NCBI GenBank assembly: GCA_041936745.1
Contig: JBHGWS010000020.1
Span: forward strand, 294-64,293
From: Candidatus Darwinibacter acetoxidans
Lineage (GTDB): Bacteria > Bacillota > Limnochordia > Darwinibacteriales > Darwinibacteriaceae
Direction: 5' to 3'
Length of the DNA stretch: 64,000 bases
Shown here: piece after piece, positions 38,132 through 48,499 of the stretch
Layout: every line of letters starts with the position of its first letter
Position numbering within the stretch: the first letter of the stretch is position 1
Program-made: the position numbers and the translations under genes
Notes under the pieces: generated by a model
Databases searched by the model: none
Told to the model about the DNA's origin: nothing
Seen by the model: the letters and a program-made list of their open reading frames with translations, nothing else

Positions 38132-38593
38132 TTGAGATTTATTTCTTCCCAATCTGTTTTTCAGCAAATTCAAAACAACGACGTGTTGCTGGCAGCACTT
38201 ATTGCTTGGGTGATTGCCCAGTCTTTAAAAATTGTCAGTTGGGCTGTGGCTTCGAAAGAATTAAACTTCAAGCGCTTGGTGGAACCGGGCGGCATGCCCA
38301 GTTCTCATAGCGCTTTTGTAACCTCACTGGCAACTGCCGCCGGGGTAAAAGAGGGCTTTGATTCCTCACTTTTTGCACTGGCGTTAGTTTTTGCCATGGT
38401 TGTGATGTATGATGCAGCGGGTGTTAGGCGGGCCGCCGGCAAACAAGCCAGGGTTTTAAACGCTATCGTTGAAGATTTAAACCGCCGCGAACTTCATCCC
38501 GAACGGCTGCGCGAACTTTTAGGGCATACGCCCTTTGAAGTTTTAATCGGCGCCCTTCTCGGCATACTGATTGCCTTATGGCGGCTGGGCTGA
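38132..38593 (+). CDS. divergent PAP2 (YuiD/DUF212) family membrane protein
   Basis: Motifs AQSLKIV, GGMPSSHSAF, MYDAAGVRRAAG; start uncertain (TTG 38132 or GTG 38183). Confidence 0.7.
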   Translation: MRFISSQSVFQQIQNNDVLLAALIAWVIAQSLKIVSWAVASKELNFKRLVEPGGMPSSHSAFVTSLATAAGVKEGFDSSLFALALVFAMVVMYDAAGVRRAAGKQARVLNAIVEDLNRRELHPERLRELLGHTPFEVLIGALLGILIALWRLG

Positions 38594-38595
38594 TT

Positions 38596-39567
38596 TTAAG
38601 GGCCTATTTCCAGCGGTGGGGCATAGTAGCCTACGAGACCGCTCTTACTCACCGCAGCCACGGTATAAATGGGGTTGGCGGGGGTTTCCCCTTCCTCCCA
38701 GGTACATAGAAACGACGTATCCTGGATGGGGGTTGGTGTCAGTATTTGGAAACGTTCAAAGGCATCTGTTTGCACGAAGATTAAATAACCTTCAACGCCC
38801 TCTTCCAAGACAGGATCCCAACTTAGATGCACGCCCAGCTCACTCGGATCTGCGTTTAAATTTGCCGGTGCGGCAAGCAAAAGCTCGACCCGGCCGACAA
38901 CTGACAGCTCTTCTTTTGGTGGGGTCCAGTTAATGTTCAGATCTTCCCTAGGTAATACTTGAATCACCTGCCATGAATCAGGCCCCAACCGGTCTCCTAT
39001 TCTAAATGATTCGGTATAAAGTTCAATTTTAAATTCATAGCTGCCCGGAGCAACTTCAATCTCTGCCGCCATCGGCTCATCGCTGTTTTCTCTTGTAATT
39101 TCGTAGATGTCTCCATCAAAATGGATCCGCGCCCGCATAACCTGCTCGGCAAACAAGTAATCTGCCAATTCGATATTAACGTGCACCGAACTGGCCGCAG
39201 GGCGCAGGATGATTTCAAGAATTTCCGGCTGCCCGCCTTTGGCATGCAGCGTCTTTGTTTTACTCTGGTATTGAACTTTACCGCCCGCATCCACCAGAAA
39301 AACAGAAAGATCCCATTCACCTACAGGAATTTCCAAAGAAGCCTCAAATTCATTATTAAAGACGGGAACTACTTTAGTGTAGCTGTGTTTGCCGCGGCTG
39401 ATGATTATTTCGGCCTCCACTATTTCCTCAACCGATTGGCCCGACAACTCTCCTAAAACGGTAATGGGGCTTTCTTTACCGGGCGTTTTTAAATGGTACG
39501 GCAAACAAGCACTTAAGCCCAACGCGCCGAGTAAAACCAACACTGTCAAAAGCTTTTTTCGGTCCAT
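38596..39567 (-). CDS. lipoprotein of unknown function with C-terminal fibronectin-III-like domain
   Basis: ATG 39567 (MDRKKLLTVLVLLGALGLSAC, lipobox LSAC); beta-rich; C-terminus HLSWDPVLEEGVEGYLIFV resembles FN3. Confidence 0.6.
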   Translation of the reverse strand: MDRKKLLTVLVLLGALGLSACLPYHLKTPGKESPITVLGELSGQSVEEIVEAEIIISRGKHSYTKVVPVFNNEFEASLEIPVGEWDLSVFLVDAGGKVQYQSKTKTLHAKGGQPEILEIILRPAASSVHVNIELADYLFAEQVMRARIHFDGDIYEITRENSDEPMAAEIEVAPGSYEFKIELYTESFRIGDRLGPDSWQVIQVLPREDLNINWTPPKEELSVVGRVELLLAAPANLNADPSELGVHLSWDPVLEEGVEGYLIFVQTDAFERFQILTPTPIQDTSFLCTWEEGETPANPIYTVAAVSKSGLVGYYAPPLEIGP

Positions 39568-39662
39568 AACAGCCTCCTGCCCGGGTGTATTTAGATTATA
39601 ACACAAAATAGTGGGAAAACAAGTCTAAAGTTGCAATAGTCAGATAACTAGAAGGTGAAAAA

Positions 39663-40901
39663 ATGAAAGCTGAGCTAATCAGTATCGGCACAGAATTATT
39701 ATTAGGCGAGGTAATAGATACCAACGCTGCTTTTTTAGCCGCCAGGCTGGCCCACTGCGGCCTCAATTTATATTATAAGTCGGTTGTGGGGGATAATTTG
39801 AAGCGGGGCAGCGAAATTCTAAAAACGGCCCTGCTGCGCTCCGACGTGGTGGTGATTAACGGTGGGTTAGGCCCCACTGCTGACGATTTGACACGGGAGA
39901 TAGTCAGTAAGGTAACTGACCGCAGGCTTGTTGGCGATCCCGCTCTGGCACGGGAAATCAAGGCGTGGTTTCAAAAAAGGCACGGGGCCGCCTATAAAAT
40001 GCCGGCCAACAACCTACGGCAGGCGGTACTGCCTCAAGGCGCCCGGCCTATCAGAAACACACAAGGGACCGCCCCCGGTTTCTTTTTAGAGTTAGGGGCT
40101 AAATTGATCGTTGCTTTGCCGGGGGTGCCCGGGGAAATGAAAACGATGTTTACGGAAAGTGTTGAACCGCACCTTAAGTCATTGGCCGGCGGCCAGATCT
40201 TAGTCAGCCGCAATTTGAATTTTGCCGGCATTGGCGAATCGAGCCTGGAAGAAAAACTAAGTGACTTACTGGCTGCCCAGGCAAACCCTTCCCTGGCACT
40301 TTATGCTTCCAGGGGGGCTGTAAGGCTGCGCCTGACCGCCAAAGCACAGTCGGAAAAAGAGGGTTGGCGCTTGATCGCCCCCTGGGAAAAACGCATCCGA
40401 GAACGGTGCGCCGCCTACTTATATGGTACTGATGAAGAGACTTTGGAACAGGCCGTGGGGCTGAAACTCAGCAAGGCCGGCTTGACAGTCTCCTTAGCCG
40501 AATCCTGCACCGGTGGGTTAATTGGGCATCGTTTAACAAACATTCCGGGCAGTTCGAATTATTTCCTGCGCGGTTATGTGGCGTACAGTAACGAAGCTAA
40601 AATAGATGATTTAAAAGTCCCCCGTGAAACGTTGGCTGAATATGGGGCAGTCAGCGAACAAACTGCCCGGGCAATGGCTAAGGGCGTGCAAAGCCGCGCC
40701 GCCAGCGATTTTGGCTTGGCCGTTACGGGAATTGCCGGCCCCGGCGGCGCCAGCGCGGCTAAACCGGTAGGGCTGGTATACATTGGCTTGGCCTCTCCGG
40801 GTGATACTATAGTCGTGAGGCATAACTTCAGCGGCAGCAGGGAACAAATTAAGGAGCGGGCTGCGCAAACCGCCCTTTATTGTCTCTGGCGGGCAATTTA
40901 A
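39663..40901 (+). CDS. cinA: competence/damage-inducible protein CinA (MocF-like N domain + NMN deamidase C domain)
   Basis: 412 aa; MKAELISIGTELLLGEVIDTNAAFLA N-terminus; CinA C-terminal domain. Confidence 0.9.
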   Translation: MKAELISIGTELLLGEVIDTNAAFLAARLAHCGLNLYYKSVVGDNLKRGSEILKTALLRSDVVVINGGLGPTADDLTREIVSKVTDRRLVGDPALAREIKAWFQKRHGAAYKMPANNLRQAVLPQGARPIRNTQGTAPGFFLELGAKLIVALPGVPGEMKTMFTESVEPHLKSLAGGQILVSRNLNFAGIGESSLEEKLSDLLAAQANPSLALYASRGAVRLRLTAKAQSEKEGWRLIAPWEKRIRERCAAYLYGTDEETLEQAVGLKLSKAGLTVSLAESCTGGLIGHRLTNIPGSSNYFLRGYVAYSNEAKIDDLKVPRETLAEYGAVSEQTARAMAKGVQSRAASDFGLAVTGIAGPGGASAAKPVGLVYIGLASPGDTIVVRHNFSGSREQIKERAAQTALYCLWRAI

Positions 40902-40928
40902 AAGCCCAGTCATCTAGGGAGGGTTAGG

Positions 40929-42368
40929 ATGCAACAAACAGCTATGGCAGGGGGCCGAAGCGGGCATCTGGCGGCCCTTTTTGTTTTAGTGGGCATTGGC
41001 TTATTTATCAATCTCTTTTCTGCTACGGATTACAGTGTTTCTTCCCTGCTTTTAAACATCGAGGTCAAAACCGCCTACCCTCCTCAAACCAGGATAATCC
41101 TGCCGCCGGTGGGGGAAATCAGGGCCAATACCCACTGGCTGCCCTGGCGGCTCAGCGTGACGTTGAAAAATGTGGATTTAGCGCTGCTGCGCCGGGTTGT
41201 TTTTTCAGCACCCCATGCTAGGGAGGCCCTAGTTGGGGATATCCAAGGAAGCATGCACCGCCTGCTTCTTTATTTCACGCTTAAGCTGATGGGTTTAGGT
41301 GCCGCCGGGGCCGCTTTCGCCCTGTGGTTTTTGGGCATCCGCAGCCCCCGCTCGTTTCTCTGGGGTGCCGCTGCCGCCTTAATCGTTGTTTTGATAATGG
41401 CCGCGGGCACTTATTTAACTTATGATTTAAATGCTTTTGAGCGCCTGGAGTATGAAGGCATTATTGAGGCAGCCCCCTGGGTTTTAAATACCGCTTGGGA
41501 GGCCTTCGACCGCGTGGAGGAACTGGGTGAGCGGATCCAAGTTTTAGCCGGCAATCTTTACTCTGCTTTAAACCGCCTGGAAACTTTAGGCCCCATTGGC
41601 CTTGTGGAGTCGGACTTGGTGGTTTTGCACGTTTCGGATATTCACAACAATCCGGTGGCCTATGATTTTGCGAAACAAGTAATAGAAAGTTTCCCGGTGG
41701 ATTTTGTCATGGACACGGGGGATTTGACCGACTGGGGAACTGCCCTGGAAGCGGAAATCACGCGGCGGATCGGCGAGCTGGCGGTGCCCTATCTGTTTAC
41801 ATCAGGAAACCACGATTCCCCCGAGGTTATACAAAGGCTGAACAAAAGCCCCACTGTAATTATAATTGATAATGAAGAAAAGGATCTGTTGGGCCTGCGC
41901 ATTGCCGGCATGGGCGATTTGGTTGCGGATCGTTTCGCGCCCAAACCGGCGCCTTTAGATGAGCTGAAGGCGGTGGCGGAGCAGATCAACAGAGAGTGGT
42001 CTCAAAAAGAAACCAGGCCCGATATATTTATGATCCACAACCACCGCATTGCCCGAGCTATCGAACCGGGCCTGTTTCCCACGGTAGTTTACGGGCATAC
42101 GCACGTGCTGGAAATTGAGGAAATAAACGGCACGGTTTATATCAACGCGGGGACAACGGGTGCCGCGGGGATTAGGGGGTTTCAAAGCAAAGAGCCTCTG
42201 CCTTATAGTTTAGCTCTGCTTTACTTTGTCTTTGACGAGGCGGGCCGGCCCGCGTTAACGGCAGTTGACGGCGTCCATGTTGCGGGGCTTGGCCAAAGTT
42301 TTTCCCTAGAAAGAACATTTGTGGGATCAAGCAGGAATCTAAAGAGAGGTGTAGAAACATCAGAGTGA
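40929..42368 (+). CDS. membrane-anchored calcineurin-like metallophosphoesterase
   Basis: 479 aa; N-terminal TM helices; MPE motifs VLHVSDIHN, DTGDLTD, GNHD, GHTH. Confidence 0.7.
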   Translation: MQQTAMAGGRSGHLAALFVLVGIGLFINLFSATDYSVSSLLLNIEVKTAYPPQTRIILPPVGEIRANTHWLPWRLSVTLKNVDLALLRRVVFSAPHAREALVGDIQGSMHRLLLYFTLKLMGLGAAGAAFALWFLGIRSPRSFLWGAAAALIVVLIMAAGTYLTYDLNAFERLEYEGIIEAAPWVLNTAWEAFDRVEELGERIQVLAGNLYSALNRLETLGPIGLVESDLVVLHVSDIHNNPVAYDFAKQVIESFPVDFVMDTGDLTDWGTALEAEITRRIGELAVPYLFTSGNHDSPEVIQRLNKSPTVIIIDNEEKDLLGLRIAGMGDLVADRFAPKPAPLDELKAVAEQINREWSQKETRPDIFMIHNHRIARAIEPGLFPTVVYGHTHVLEIEEINGTVYINAGTTGAAGIRGFQSKEPLPYSLALLYFVFDEAGRPALTAVDGVHVAGLGQSFSLERTFVGSSRNLKRGVETSE

Positions 42369-42477
42369 AAGCCCAAAATAGGACCAAAAATTGCTTTCCG
42401 GGGGAAAACGCTGAGGGCTAGCGGGATCCTACTTTAGATCCCTTTCAGTCAGTTTTCCTTTTTCTACGGCTTTAAGG

Positions 42478-42491
42478 CGAACACATGTTTT
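42478..42491 (+). promoter_or_regulatory. LexA/DinR SOS box (Cheo box) upstream of recA
   Basis: CGAACACATGTTTT vs Gram-positive consensus CGAACRNRYGTTYC; 27 nt upstream of the recA start. Confidence 0.5.
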
Positions 42492-42517
42492 TTAACTGGG
42501 AAGGAGAGGCAAACACA

Positions 42518-43558
42518 ATGTCAGATAAACAAAAAGCGCTGGATACAGCGGTATTGCAGATCGAGAAACAATTTGGCAAAGGCTCCATCATGCGTTTGGG
42601 GGAGACAGGGGCCAAACTGGAAATTGAAGCTATCCCCACAGGGTCTCTAGCGTTGGATGTAGCATTAGGCGTTGGCGGGATACCGCGGGGCCGGGTTGTG
42701 GAGATTTATGGGCCCGAATCTTCCGGAAAAACAACGCTGGCACTGCATGTCATGGCACAGGCCCAAAAAATGGGCGGTATTGCAGCGATGATTGACGCGG
42801 AGCATGCTTTAGATCCCCTTTATGCCCGTAAACTTGGTGTTGATATTGATAATTTACTGATTTCCCAGCCGGATCACGGCGAACAGGCCCTGGAAATTGC
42901 GGAACACCTTGTCCGCAGCGGGGCTATTGATATAGTTGTGATAGACTCCGTAGCTGCTTTAGTGCCCCGGGCGGAAATTGAAGGGGAAATGGGTGATGCC
43001 CACGTGGGCCTGCAGGCGCGCTTAATGTCGCAAGCCCTGCGTAAGCTGACAGGGGCCATTGGCAAATCCAAATGTACGGTTGTTTTCACAAACCAGCTGC
43101 GGGAAAAAGTTGGCGTAATGTTCGGTAATCCTGAAGTAACACCGGGAGGGCGTGCATTAAAATTTTATGCTTCCATACGCCTTGACATCCGCCGCGTCGA
43201 AACTTTAAAACAGGGTGCCGAACTGATAGGCAACCGCACTCGGGTCAGGGTCCGCAAGAACAAAGTCGCACCGCCTTTCAAAGAAGCGGAATTTGACATA
43301 ATGTATGGGGAAGGCATCTCGCGGCACGGTGATATTTTAGACCTCGGGGCCCAACTGGAGATCGTGACAAAAAGCGGTGCCTGGTATTCTTACGGAGATT
43401 TACGTTTGGGCCAAGGCCGGGAAAACGCCAAGGATTTTCTTAAAGAAAACCCGGAATTAACTGATGAACTGGAGCACAAAGTGCGCCTGGCCTTGGGTTT
43501 GGTAAAGGACGAAGCAGAAAATGAAGAAAGCAAGAAAAACAAAGCAGACAAAAAGTGA
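42518..43558 (+). CDS. recA: recombinase RecA
   Basis: ATG 42518 after GGAAGGAGAGG; GPESSGKTT Walker A, L1/L2 loops, highly conserved throughout. Confidence 0.97.
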   Translation: MSDKQKALDTAVLQIEKQFGKGSIMRLGETGAKLEIEAIPTGSLALDVALGVGGIPRGRVVEIYGPESSGKTTLALHVMAQAQKMGGIAAMIDAEHALDPLYARKLGVDIDNLLISQPDHGEQALEIAEHLVRSGAIDIVVIDSVAALVPRAEIEGEMGDAHVGLQARLMSQALRKLTGAIGKSKCTVVFTNQLREKVGVMFGNPEVTPGGRALKFYASIRLDIRRVETLKQGAELIGNRTRVRVRKNKVAPPFKEAEFDIMYGEGISRHGDILDLGAQLEIVTKSGAWYSYGDLRLGQGRENAKDFLKENPELTDELEHKVRLALGLVKDEAENEESKKNKADKK

Positions 43559-44006
43559 TATAAAGGCGGCCGCGGTCCGGCTCTTAACAGTGCGCGATCG
43601 CTCCGTTGGGGAGCTGCGAGAGCGGTTGAGAAAAAATTTTGCCGATGCAGACGACGAAATTGATGAAGTACTCGCCTATCTGGAGGGGATCGGCTACCTT
43701 GACGATCGGCGCTTCGCCCAAAACCATGTGGCTTCCCGCAACAGATTTCGGCCGAGGGGCAATTTCATGCTGCGGCTGGAGCTGAAAAAAAAGAGCATTG
43801 CCGATGCAGTAATAGAAGAGGTCCTCAATCCCCGGGAAAAAGAGTATGAGCTCGCTTTATCCTTAGCGGCGCAGCGGCTGGGGCGGCTGAAAAACATTGA
43901 ATACGAGAAGCGGGTCCAAAGACTCGGTTCACTCCTGGAAAGGCGCGGTTTTCCAAGCGCGGTTAGGCGGCGGGTCCTTGGCGAATTACTTGACAGAGAT
44001 CTTTAA
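43521..44006 (+). CDS. recX: RecA regulator RecX
   Basis: 161 aa; three-helix repeat family; immediately after recA. Confidence 0.8.
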   Translation: MKKARKTKQTKSDIKAAAVRLLTVRDRSVGELRERLRKNFADADDEIDEVLAYLEGIGYLDDRRFAQNHVASRNRFRPRGNFMLRLELKKKSIADAVIEEVLNPREKEYELALSLAAQRLGRLKNIEYEKRVQRLGSLLERRGFPSAVRRRVLGELLDRDL

Positions 44007-44155
44007 AACGCATACAATTAAGGAAGGGTTGCCGGTTTTTCAGCCGGCGCTTAGCCTGTCGAAAGCGAAATCACAATGATTAAAAAAGATTCAACACGGA
44101 AAAAGTCGAGTCTCGGCTCGGCTTTCTGTTCTAAGAACTGGCATGGGAGAAGGAG

Positions 44156-45706
44156 GTGGATAGTATCGATCTTGCTTTAACAATTGTAATGTACGGATTG
44201 GTTGCGGCAATCGCTTTTTTAGCCGGGTATTTAATCCGTAAAAAATTCGCTGAGGCAGCCATAAAGTCAGCGGAAGAGGAAGCGGCGCGCCTTTTGGAAA
44301 CAGCCAAACGCGATGCAGAATCGAAAAAACGCGAAGCTTTAGTGGAAGCCCGGGAAGAAATTCATAAATTGCGCGCTGAAATGGAGAAAGAAGCGCGGGA
44401 GCGGCGCTCCGAACTACAGCAGTTTGAACGCCGCGTCAGCCAAAGAGAAGAGGTCTTGGACCGCAGAAGTGAATCTTTGGAGCGCAAAGAAGAAACCCTG
44501 CAGCGCAAAACTCGGGAAGTGGAGCAGAGCCAATCGGAAGTAAAGGAGGCTCTGCAGAAGCAAAGAGAAGAGCTGGAGCGGATTTCCGGACTGACTACGG
44601 AAGAGGCTCGGGAAACTATCTTAAAAGCGGTTGAAGATGAAATGAAACATGAAACAGCGATCATGATCCGTGAATATGAGGCACAAGCACGGGATGAGGC
44701 AGAAAAGCGAGCCCGTGACATTATTTCGCTGGCAATCCAACGAACAGCGGCAGATCACGTTGCCGAGTCCACGGTGTCGGTGGTAACTCTGCCCAATGAT
44801 GATATGAAGGGAAGAATCATCGGCAGGGAAGGCAGGAATATCCGGGCAATGGAAACATTGACGGGCATTGACCTTATTATCGACGATACTCCGGAAGCGG
44901 TGATTTTATCGGGATTTGATCCCGTACGGCGTGAAATTGCCCGCATTGCCTTAGAAAAATTGGTGGCGGATGGGCGTATTCATCCGGCACGGATTGAAGA
45001 AATGGTAGCAAGAGCCCGTAATGAGGTGGATGCTGCCATCAAGGATGCGGGCGAGCAGGCTACGCTGGAAGCGGATGTGCACGGCTTGCACCCTGAAATT
45101 ATAAAATTGTTGGGACGATTACGTTTTCGAACGAGCTACGGCCAAAATGTGCTGAAGCATTCCGTTGAAGTGGCGCACTTAGCCGGAATCATGGCGACGG
45201 AACTGGGCGTTGACGCCGCCCTGGCGAAACGAGCGGGACTTTTACATGATATCGGCAAAGCGGTGGACCACAAAATAGAAGGAACCCACGTTGAGATAGG
45301 TATAGATCTACTGCGGAAGTACAAAGAAAGTGAAGAAGTGATTCACACCATGGCCTGTCATCACGGTGATTACGAGGCGGAAAGGGTGGAAGCGGTTTTA
45401 ATTATGGCCGCCGATTCCATCTCAGCCGCGCGGCCCGGGGCCAGGCGGGAAACGTTGGAGACCTACATCAAGCGGCTGAAGAAGCTTGAAGAAATCTCCA
45501 GCTCTTTCGACGGGGTAGAAAAATCCTACGCGATTCAAGCGGGCCGGGAAGTCAGGATAATGGTTAAACCGGAACGCATTGATGACGCAACAGCAGTACA
45601 GTTAAGCCGAGATATTGTCAAACGCATTGAAGAGGAGTTAGAATATCCCGGTCAAATAAAAGTAACAGTTATCAGAGAAACGCGCGCTGTTGAGTATGCT
45701 AAATAA
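44156..45706 (+). CDS. rny: ribonuclease Y (N-terminal TM, coiled coil, KH and HD domains)
   Basis: 516 aa; KH motif [10 protein letters not shown]; HD motif HD...GK; long charged coiled coil. Confidence 0.9.
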   Translation: MDSIDLALTIVMYGLVAAIAFLAGYLIRKKFAEAAIKSAEEEAARLLETAKRDAESKKREALVEAREEIHKLRAEMEKEARERRSELQQFERRVSQREEVLDRRSESLERKEETLQRKTREVEQSQSEVKEALQKQREELERISGLTTEEARETILKAVEDEMKHETAIMIREYEAQARDEAEKRARDIISLAIQRTAADHVAESTVSVVTLPNDDMKGRIIGREGRNIRAMETLTGIDLIIDDTPEAVILSGFDPVRREIARIALEKLVADGRIHPARIEEMVARARNEVDAAIKDAGEQATLEADVHGLHPEIIKLLGRLRFRTSYGQNVLKHSVEVAHLAGIMATELGVDAALAKRAGLLHDIGKAVDHKIEGTHVEIGIDLLRKYKESEEVIHTMACHHGDYEAERVEAVLIMAADSISAARPGARRETLETYIKRLKKLEEISSSFDGVEKSYAIQAGREVRIMVKPERIDDATAVQLSRDIVKRIEEELEYPGQIKVTVIRETRAVEYAK

Positions 45707-45736
45707 AACCAGGCAGTCCGCCTGGTTTTATTTTTG
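45706..45736 (+). terminator. rho-independent terminator after rny (probably leaky; see finding)
   Basis: AAAACCAGGCAGTCCGCCTGGTTTTATTTTT. Confidence 0.55.
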
Positions 45737-45758
45737 AAAGGTAAGAGGAGGGAGCCTT

Positions 45759-46268
45759 GTGGCACAAAAACCGAGCCAGGTTGAACTATTAATTTCTCTT
45801 TTGGTACGTTTTCCCCAAATTTGCCGGGTTCATTATGAACCGCAGGGCGCCTTTTTACGTTTCGTTTTTCTCGCTTGGGAGGAGGACTCGCGGAGTTTCC
45901 CCGCTTTTGCCGCCAGTTTTCGGTCGCATGTAGCCGCATTTCACAAGCTAAAACAGGAACAAAGCCATCTCGTGTCTTTAAAAAAGACGGAACATAATAC
46001 TTTTGTGTTGCTGGAGGTTGCGCGTGATGTGGCAAGCCTGTCTTTGGAAGAATTAAACTTGATGATCCAGCTTATGCAGGATCATTACGGCGAAGCCTTA
46101 ATCAAGGAAGGCCCTGATGTGGAAGAAGAAGATCAGTTTGAATACAATGCTTTAATAGAAGCTGTCTTGTCTTCCGTTTTTTTCGGGGAAGAACAACTGA
46201 CCGGATTTCGGGAAAACGGGCGTGTCCTCGTATTCAGCACGCCTTTAGCGGGGGTGGGGAAATCTTGA
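45759..46268 (+). CDS. hypothetical protein, translationally coupled to ymdB
   Basis: 169 aa; GTG start; acidic C-terminal half; no family I recognise; 4-nt overlap with ymdB. Confidence 0.4.
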   Translation: MAQKPSQVELLISLLVRFPQICRVHYEPQGAFLRFVFLAWEEDSRSFPAFAASFRSHVAAFHKLKQEQSHLVSLKKTEHNTFVLLEVARDVASLSLEELNLMIQLMQDHYGEALIKEGPDVEEEDQFEYNALIEAVLSSVFFGEEQLTGFRENGRVLVFSTPLAGVGKS

Positions 46269-47035
46269 ATGTGCTGCTTTTGGGCGATATTTTCGGGCGT
46301 CCCGGCCGCAGGATTGTCCGTGAACTACTGCCGGGGTTAAAAGAAAAATACGAGCCGGTTTTAATTGCAGCTAACGGGGAAAACGCCGCCGGTGGCTTTG
46401 GCTTGACAAGAAAAATTGCCGAACAATTATTTTCTTTAGGCATCCATGTTTTAACGAGCGGCAACCATATCTGGGATCAGAGAGAGATGTACACCTATAT
46501 TTCGGAAGAACCGCGTATTTTACGCCCCGCCAATTATCCGCCTGATGTGCCGGGCGCCTTTTTGTACCGGCATGAAACTTGTAAAGGGGTAATTGCTGTA
46601 ATAAATCTGATCGGCAGGGTCTTTATGCAGGACTATGACTGTCCGTTTCGGGCCGCGGACCAAATCCTCGCTAATCTGCCGGCTGATGTAACACACGTGA
46701 TTGTGGACTTTCACGCTGAAGCAACCTCGGAAAAGATTGCTTTGGCACGTTTTCTGGACGGCCGTGTTAGTGCCGTCGTTGGTACACACACCCATGTATT
46801 AACCGCTGATGAACAAATTCTGCCCCAAGGCACCGCCTATATCACGGATTTGGGCATGTGCGGGCCGAAAGAAGGCATTTTAGGTGTTAAAGCCGCAGCT
46901 GTGATTAACAAATTCCTAACACAACTGCCGGCGCGATTTTCTGTGGCGAAAGGGCCAAGCCAGCTCAACGGCGTGGTAATCAAGCTGGATCGCGATGGCG
47001 GTGCTGAGTCGATCACTCGTCTAAATCTTGAATAA
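46265..47035 (+). CDS. ymdB: 2',3'-cyclic-nucleotide 2'-phosphodiesterase YmdB (TIGR00282 metallophosphoesterase)
   Basis: 256 aa; MNVLLLGDIFGRPGRR N-terminus, GNHIWD, GTHTHV motifs. Confidence 0.85.
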   Translation: MNVLLLGDIFGRPGRRIVRELLPGLKEKYEPVLIAANGENAAGGFGLTRKIAEQLFSLGIHVLTSGNHIWDQREMYTYISEEPRILRPANYPPDVPGAFLYRHETCKGVIAVINLIGRVFMQDYDCPFRAADQILANLPADVTHVIVDFHAEATSEKIALARFLDGRVSAVVGTHTHVLTADEQILPQGTAYITDLGMCGPKEGILGVKAAAVINKFLTQLPARFSVAKGPSQLNGVVIKLDRDGGAESITRLNLE

Positions 47036-47133
47036 ATTATTACATAAAAAGAGGAATTTAATAGTAAACATATAATATATCGGTAATAGAACTAATTGCA
47101 GATGTAGCGGTTTTACTAAAGGAGGTCACTAAC

Positions 47134-47394
47134 ATGGAAGTATTAAAGGTATCGGCAAAATCAATTCCTAATGCTGTAGCGGGGGCGCTAGCGGGAGTCT
47201 TACGGGAAAAAGGGCGCGCCGAACTTCAAGCCATCGGGGCCGGGGCTTTAAATCAGGCGGTGAAGGCGGTGGCCATTGCAAGAGGTTTTGTGGCCCCCAG
47301 CGGAATGGACTTGGTTTGTATTCCTGCATTCACGGATGTGTTAATCGATGAAGAGGAACGGACTGCAATTAAGCTAATAGTGGAACCAAGGTAA
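47134..47394 (+). CDS. spoVS: stage V sporulation protein S
   Basis: 86 aa; strong match to SpoVS (MEVLKVSAKSIPNAVAGALAGVLRE...AIGAGALNQAVKAVAIARGF). Confidence 0.9.
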   Translation: MEVLKVSAKSIPNAVAGALAGVLREKGRAELQAIGAGALNQAVKAVAIARGFVAPSGMDLVCIPAFTDVLIDEEERTAIKLIVEPR

Positions 47395-47403
47395 GAAGAA
47401 AAA

Positions 47404-47447
47404 CCACCTGCTCTGTCCAAGGTGCCTGCCTTAGGAGCAGGTTTTTA
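47404..47447 (+). terminator. putative terminator after spoVS
   Basis: ACCTGCTC...GAGCAGGT stem followed by TTTTT. Confidence 0.45.
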
Positions 47448-47463
47448 ATTTGGAGGGAAACTA

Positions 47464-48399
47464 ATGTTTATTTTTGATGCACATATTGATACTTTGTCAA
47501 GATTGTTAATGTCAGGTGAATCTTTTGCTGAGGCCGAAGGCCATGTGAATTTGGCCCGTTTTCGCAGCGGTAAAATCGGGGCGCAGTTTTTTGCAGCCTT
47601 CGTCCACCCCCAGTACTACCACGGCTTGGCTTTACATAATACGGTGGAAATGATCGATGCTTTTTGGCAGATGCTGGCCCAGTATCCGGACGATTTGGGC
47701 TTTGCCGGTTCCGGCGCGGATATCGAGGCATTAAAAAAAGAGGGTAAGACCGCCTGCCTCTTGGCAGTGGAAGGGGGCGAAGCCCTGGAAGGCAAATTAG
47801 CCCATCTGCGCATGCTTTACAAATTAGGGGTGCGTTTGATCACCTTGACGTGGAATTACCGCAACGCTATCGCCGCAGGCCAGCTGGAAGGGGAGGCGGG
47901 GGGAGGGCTCAGCGCTTTTGGCCGCGAGGTGGTCCATGAAATGAACCGCCTGGGTATGCTGATAGATGTTTCTCATCTTAATGATCCGGGATTTTGGGAT
48001 GTTGTGGAGACTACAGCCAAACCTGTAGTTGCTTCTCATTCCAATGCCCGTGCCCTATGCGCTCATCCACGCAATTTAACGGACAAACAAATCAAAGCAC
48101 TGGCGGAGCAGGGCGGTGTAATCGGTGTTAATTTCTGCCCCGCTTTCGTTACGGAATCGGGAGAAGCCGCCATCGAAGATGTAGTGGAGCACATCCTTTA
48201 TTTAGTAGATAAAGGGGGTATCGACAGCGTGGGCTTGGGCTCTGATTTCGACGGCATTGCCAGCACACCGGAAGGCTTGGAAGATTGTTCCAAAACCTAC
48301 TCTTTAATAGGCATGCTTGGGAAAAAGGGTCTGGCCGAGGCGGATATCGAAAAGATCGTGGGCGGCAATTTCCTGCGCATCTGTCAAGAAGTGCTCTAA
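47464..48399 (+). CDS. membrane (renal-type) dipeptidase, peptidase family M19
   Basis: 311 aa; HIDT N-terminal metal site, HLNDPGFWD and SHSN motifs. Confidence 0.8.
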   Translation: MFIFDAHIDTLSRLLMSGESFAEAEGHVNLARFRSGKIGAQFFAAFVHPQYYHGLALHNTVEMIDAFWQMLAQYPDDLGFAGSGADIEALKKEGKTACLLAVEGGEALEGKLAHLRMLYKLGVRLITLTWNYRNAIAAGQLEGEAGGGLSAFGREVVHEMNRLGMLIDVSHLNDPGFWDVVETTAKPVVASHSNARALCAHPRNLTDKQIKALAEQGGVIGVNFCPAFVTESGEAAIEDVVEHILYLVDKGGIDSVGLGSDFDGIASTPEGLEDCSKTYSLIGMLGKKGLAEADIEKIVGGNFLRICQEVL

Positions 48400-48499
48400 A
48401 GGCAGCCTGGTTTTTGGCTTTTAACGTAAAACGCGCCGGGGGCTTACTTTTGGGGTAAAAAGGCCTTTTTTGGGAAAGCTACAAAAAAGGGGGTTATCT

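Noticed and set aside
42485-42517. Upstream in-frame ATG giving an 11-aa extension of RecA
   Set aside because: This ATG lies inside the LexA box and lacks an RBS. The ATG at 42518 has GGAAGGAGAGG at ideal spacing, and MSDKQKALD matches the RecA N-terminus.
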